A DNA stretch of 63,990 nt, filler included, from Octopus bimaculoides (taxonomy: Eukaryota): assembly GCF_001194135.2 (NCBI RefSeq). It is 5 parts of 5 records of this genome, joined end to end, with 100 filler letters (N's around TTAATTAATTAA, not from the genome) between each part and the next. Parts side by side here need not be neighbours in the genome. Positions count along the whole stretch, not along the records: positions 60,266 to 62,742 come from NC_068988.1; positions 62,843 to 63,990 come from NW_026297215.1; 3 more parts are not named here. One strand, given 5' to 3'. Positions 60,302 through 63,990 of this stretch are shown in pieces. The notes beneath the pieces are model-generated. The model had not been told where the DNA came from. It saw only the letters and a program-made list of their open reading frames with translations, and did not search any database. A program made the position numbers and the translations under genes. How positions within the stretch are numbered: the stretch's first letter is position 1; each line of letters begins with the position of its first letter.

Positions 60302-61092
60302 CAGGGCGCCGCAAAAATGGAAATAACATCTCATTTTAACAAGCATATTTGTCAGAATTACATTAATATATTTTGAAATGCTAAAGAGTAAATTTATTCA
60401 ATAAAATCACCACTGGTTTCACCCACGATCTCCAGACGACTTCGGAATCTCCTGCAACTCTTCTGGACTGTCTCTTTATTTAAGGTGATGAATGCTGCCA
60501 TAATTTTTACCTTCAGTTCATCTTTGGTGTTACAAGTAGTTTTGTTGATCTCTCGCTCAACTGCGCCCAGCACATAATGGTCAAAGGGATTGCAGTCTGG
60601 AGAGTTGGATGGCCAGATGTTAGGGGTAATGTGGTCGCAGAAATTGTCTGACAGCCGTGACTAGGTTCTCCTGCTTGTGTGGCATGGTGCAGAGTCCTCT
60701 TGTCAGACCTAGGGTCTTCCAGCAGCCACCCTCTTCACCTAGGGCAGCACTACCTCCCCCAGGCACTTGATGTACTCCTCTCTGTTGAGTGTGAGGCCGT
60801 GTGGGAAGATGAACGGAAACATAACATCGCCATCACTAGTGATCACTCCAAACACTATGATGTTGACTGGATGTTTAATTTTTATTACTCTTGGTATAGG
60901 TTTTGGGGACACGGTAAGCCAACGGTAGTTCTGTGGGTTCACCACCTGTTCGTAGTACAGCATGTCGTTACCAAGTTTCTGGCAGAGTGTACCCAACTGA
61001 CCCTAAGGTACTGTGTAGTCGACTATCAAAAACACTGCGCATGCGCGAAATAAGACATATAAATTGGCGACACTTTATCCATCGCAACCTCT
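60302..61092 (-). mobile_element. DD37D (maT-like) transposon, catalytic half
   Basis: KHPVNIIVFGVITSDG, QEDSAPCHTS, WPSNSPDCNPFDHYV, SCRRFRSRLEIVGETSGDFIE*; TA-CAGGG terminus at 60300. Confidence 0.9.
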
Positions 61093-61173
61093 ATATAATA
61101 TATATATATATGCCATGATAGATCACTAACACTACACATTCTTTATTTTCTCTCCTTGTTTCTTTCTGTGTTC

Positions 61174-61209
61174 CTTTCTGTGGAAGAGCTCGGGTTCGAA
61201 ACGTTAAAG
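61174..61209 (+). ncRNA. Variant minimal hammerhead motif (A6 to U) in a short (TA)n-flanked repeat
   Basis: Helix I CTTT/AAAG; core CTGTGGA plus extra A; helix II GAGC-TCGG-GTTC; GAAAC-GTT with palindromic AACGTT. Confidence 0.6.
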
Positions 61210-62035
61210 ACTTTTTCATTTCCCGAGCGTTAAACTAATACATCTGTTTGTTGTCTACACCACCTGTCTTCGTCTTCTGTTTTTTGCTTTTTGTGAATTC
61301 TCCCCACCCCATATATATATATATATATANNNNNNNNNNNNNNNNNNNNNNNNNNNNNNNNNNNNNNNNNNNNNNNNNNNNNNNNNNNNNNNNNNNNNNN
61401 NNNNNNNNNNNNNNNNNNNNNNNNNNNNNNNNNNNNNNNNNNNNNNNNNNNNNNNNNNNNNNNNNNNNNNNNNNNNNNNNNNNNNNNNNNNNNNNNNNNN
61501 NNNNNNNNNNNNNNNNNNNNNNNNNNNNNNNNNNNNNNNNNNNNNNNNNNNNNNNNNNNNNNNNNNNNNNNNNNNNNNNNNNNNNNNNNNNNNNNNNNNN
61601 NNNNNNNNNNNNNNNNNNNNNNNNNNNNNNNNNNNNNNNNNNNNNNNNNNNNNNNNNNNNNNNNNNNNNNNNNNNNNNNNNNNNNNNNNNNNNNNNNNNN
61701 NNNNNNNNNNNNNNNNNNNNNNNNNNNNNNNNNNNNNNNNNNNNNNNNNNNNNNNNNNNNNNNNNNNNNNNNNNNNNNNNNNNNNNNNNNNNNNNNNNNN
61801 NNNNNNNNNNNNNNNNNNNNNNNNNNNNNNNNNNNNNNNNNNNNNNNNNNNNNNNNNNNNNNNNNNNNNNNNNNNNNNNNNNNNNNNNNNNNNNNNNNNN
61901 NNNNNNNNNNNNNNNNNNNNNNNNNNNNNNNNNNNNNNNNNNNNNNNNNNNNNNNNNNNNNNNNNNNNNNNNNNNNNNNNNNNNNNNNNNNNNNNNACAC
62001 ACACATACACTTATACTCACATAAGCACATGGAAA

Positions 62036-62069
<34 letters not shown>

Positions 62070-62419
62070 TGCAGGCAGTAGATTGAACGATTCACAAAGG
62101 AATCCCTACCCAACAACAACAACGACAAAAGCCAAAAAAAAAAAATAATAATAAAATAACAACGCTGGAAAATACCAACAACAACAACATCAACAGCAAT
62201 AAACCCAACACAAAATCAATAGCAACGACTCAACGAGGAATTTTCTTTGCCCTTATACAACTTGGTTAAAATAGCAGCCAAATAAGAAAAGGCACATTAG
62301 ACACTGTTATCCAAGATATATCTCGACAAAAGATGGGATGGCCCAGGCTGGAACGTCTTGGATCATAATTCTTCTTCATCAGGTGTGACCTAGGGCTAAA
62401 CAGTCACAACAAAAATCCG

Positions 62420-62742
62420 TCTTCGTGAACACACGAAAGGATAAAAGGCAAAGCTGACTTCAACGGGATTTGAACTCAGAATGTAAATAGCCGAAAGAAT
62501 TGCCGCTTAGCATCTCATCCGACACTAATGGGTCTACGTGAACGCTGCCCAAGGTGCCACGCAGTGGGACTGATCCCGGGACCATGTGGTTGGTAAGCAA
62601 GCTACTTACCACACATCCACAGTGTTCCACTGGTATTTATTTTATCAGCCCCGAAAGGATGAAAGGCAAAGTCGACCTCGGTGGAGTTTGAACGAGACAC
62701 CACCAAGCATTTTGCTCGGCGAGCTAACGATTCTGCCAGCTC
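62420..62742 (-). mobile_element. Family M SINE pieces with a nested family C head fragment
   Basis: GAAAGGATGAAAGGCAAAGTCGACC and GAGCTAACGATTCTGCCAGCTC; 62545-62615 matches the family C head. Confidence 0.75.
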
Positions 62743-62842
62743 NNNNNNNNNNNNNNNNNNNNNNNNNNNNNNNNNNNNNNNNNNNNTTAATTAATTAANN
62801 NNNNNNNNNNNNNNNNNNNNNNNNNNNNNNNNNNNNNNNNNN

Positions 62843-63990
62843 CCAGTGTTATCACTACTTTTTACATCTTCAAGGTCCAAAAAATTGACATCAGCAATAT
62901 GTATCATCTCACATCTGGCCAAACTTGCTCAGATTTGCCTCAATCAATCATGCCACTTGTCACAATCCTGCATAGCATTTGGCAAGGGCAGTAAACAACA
63001 TCCCACAAGTGCAGAAATACTGTCTTTTGGTGTGCAGCTGAGTACATTCATGTCAAAGTGTCCATATGAGTATCACTAATGAGTTCTTGCTTAGCTCTCT
63101 AGCAATGTTCTATAAAGTGCATTCATCTCTCTCTCTTTGCTTGTCTATCTCTTGGGACTCTCCAGTGGTATGGCACACACTTCTTTGAAGGTCATCTAGT
63201 TGTGATGGATTCCAGATGACACTAAAGCCATCAAGAACTTTCCAAGCTGTTGCAAATTGAATTGTGCTTTGGGTATCCATCTGAACATTGCTGACTCTTC
63301 TGGCCAATCTGTCCTCGTTAGGCATCCTCATACTCACATAGTATCAATGGTGTTGCTGTTCCCACTGTCTCTCACATGGTTGAACATACTTATCAGCATC
63401 TAAGGATTTTCACCTACTTTTATGTGGATGCTATGTTGCTGCATAAGTATGTAAAGGATCTGCATATTTTCAAGGGTTTTGATTAATTGTGCTTATTAAA
63501 CCCTTCCAATTGAAATAAATGTATTTAATCAAGGAAGTATTGACATATAGATAAATACCTCCAGCTGTTTTCTCAATGTTATGTAGAAGGGTGGTAGCTT
63601 CTGCAAAAAGTGCAATCTCATCATATTTTTGTGGATGGATAGCAAAGGAAGGCGGATTTTGTCAGAGTGAAGTTGAGTTTTTCACTGCTATCAATGGATG
63701 TGTAAAGGATGTAGTCAAGGCAGATGATAAATATAAGTTGTGGTAGAGTATTGTATTGTTTTGTAAGATGTCTGCATTGATATCAAAGTATATCCATAAG
63801 GTGATTGAACTTTAACTCTTGTGTTCTTGTAGAGCATCAGTACAGTTCCTGATGTTCATGTGCAAGAAAACAATTTGTTCAATTCTGTCTCAGTGTACAA
63901 AGTTAAAAGCTTTTGAGAAATCTACAATTAATACGATTGCCTGCAGATCTTTCATCTTTCTCACCCTGCTGATATCACAAACATTGAATA
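62843..63990 (-). mobile_element. Decayed RTE-clade LINE reverse transcriptase domain (runs off the window)
   Basis: Minus strand IVDFSKAF..VH, MLYKNTRVKVQSP, FIICLDYIL..SID, EIALF..LLHNIEKTA in RT order, with stops and frameshifts. Confidence 0.85.

Noticed and set aside
1-63990. Many ORF-track entries rich in HT/VC/YI repeats or X runs
   Set aside because: They are translations of (CA)n, (TA)n and (TG)n microsatellites or N gaps, with no splice or homology support.

Overview
AT-rich, microsatellite-dense animal genomic scaffold with many N gaps. The repeat landscape (tRNA-headed SINEs, RTE LINEs, mariner, DD37D and hAT fossils) suggests an octopus or other coleoid cephalopod; this is inference, no search was run. 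The one well-supported gene is a + strand USP16/USP45-family deubiquitinase. Eight exons (26809-37492) splice in frame into about 660 C-terminal residues with intact His and Asp boxes. The ZnF-UBP and Cys-box exons are not visible in the window. Most of the rest is transposon debris and simple repeats, plus a CpG-poor block (about 17-25 kb) holding weak candidate terminal exons of two convergent genes. Best lead: a TSD-flanked palindromic element (46298-46744) joining a Pol III tRNA-like head to a tail carrying a complete Penelope-type minimal hammerhead ribozyme. Two further hammerhead motifs of the same atypical architecture (extra A after the core, loopless palindromic helix III) lie at 61174 and 3259, in unrelated flanking sequence.
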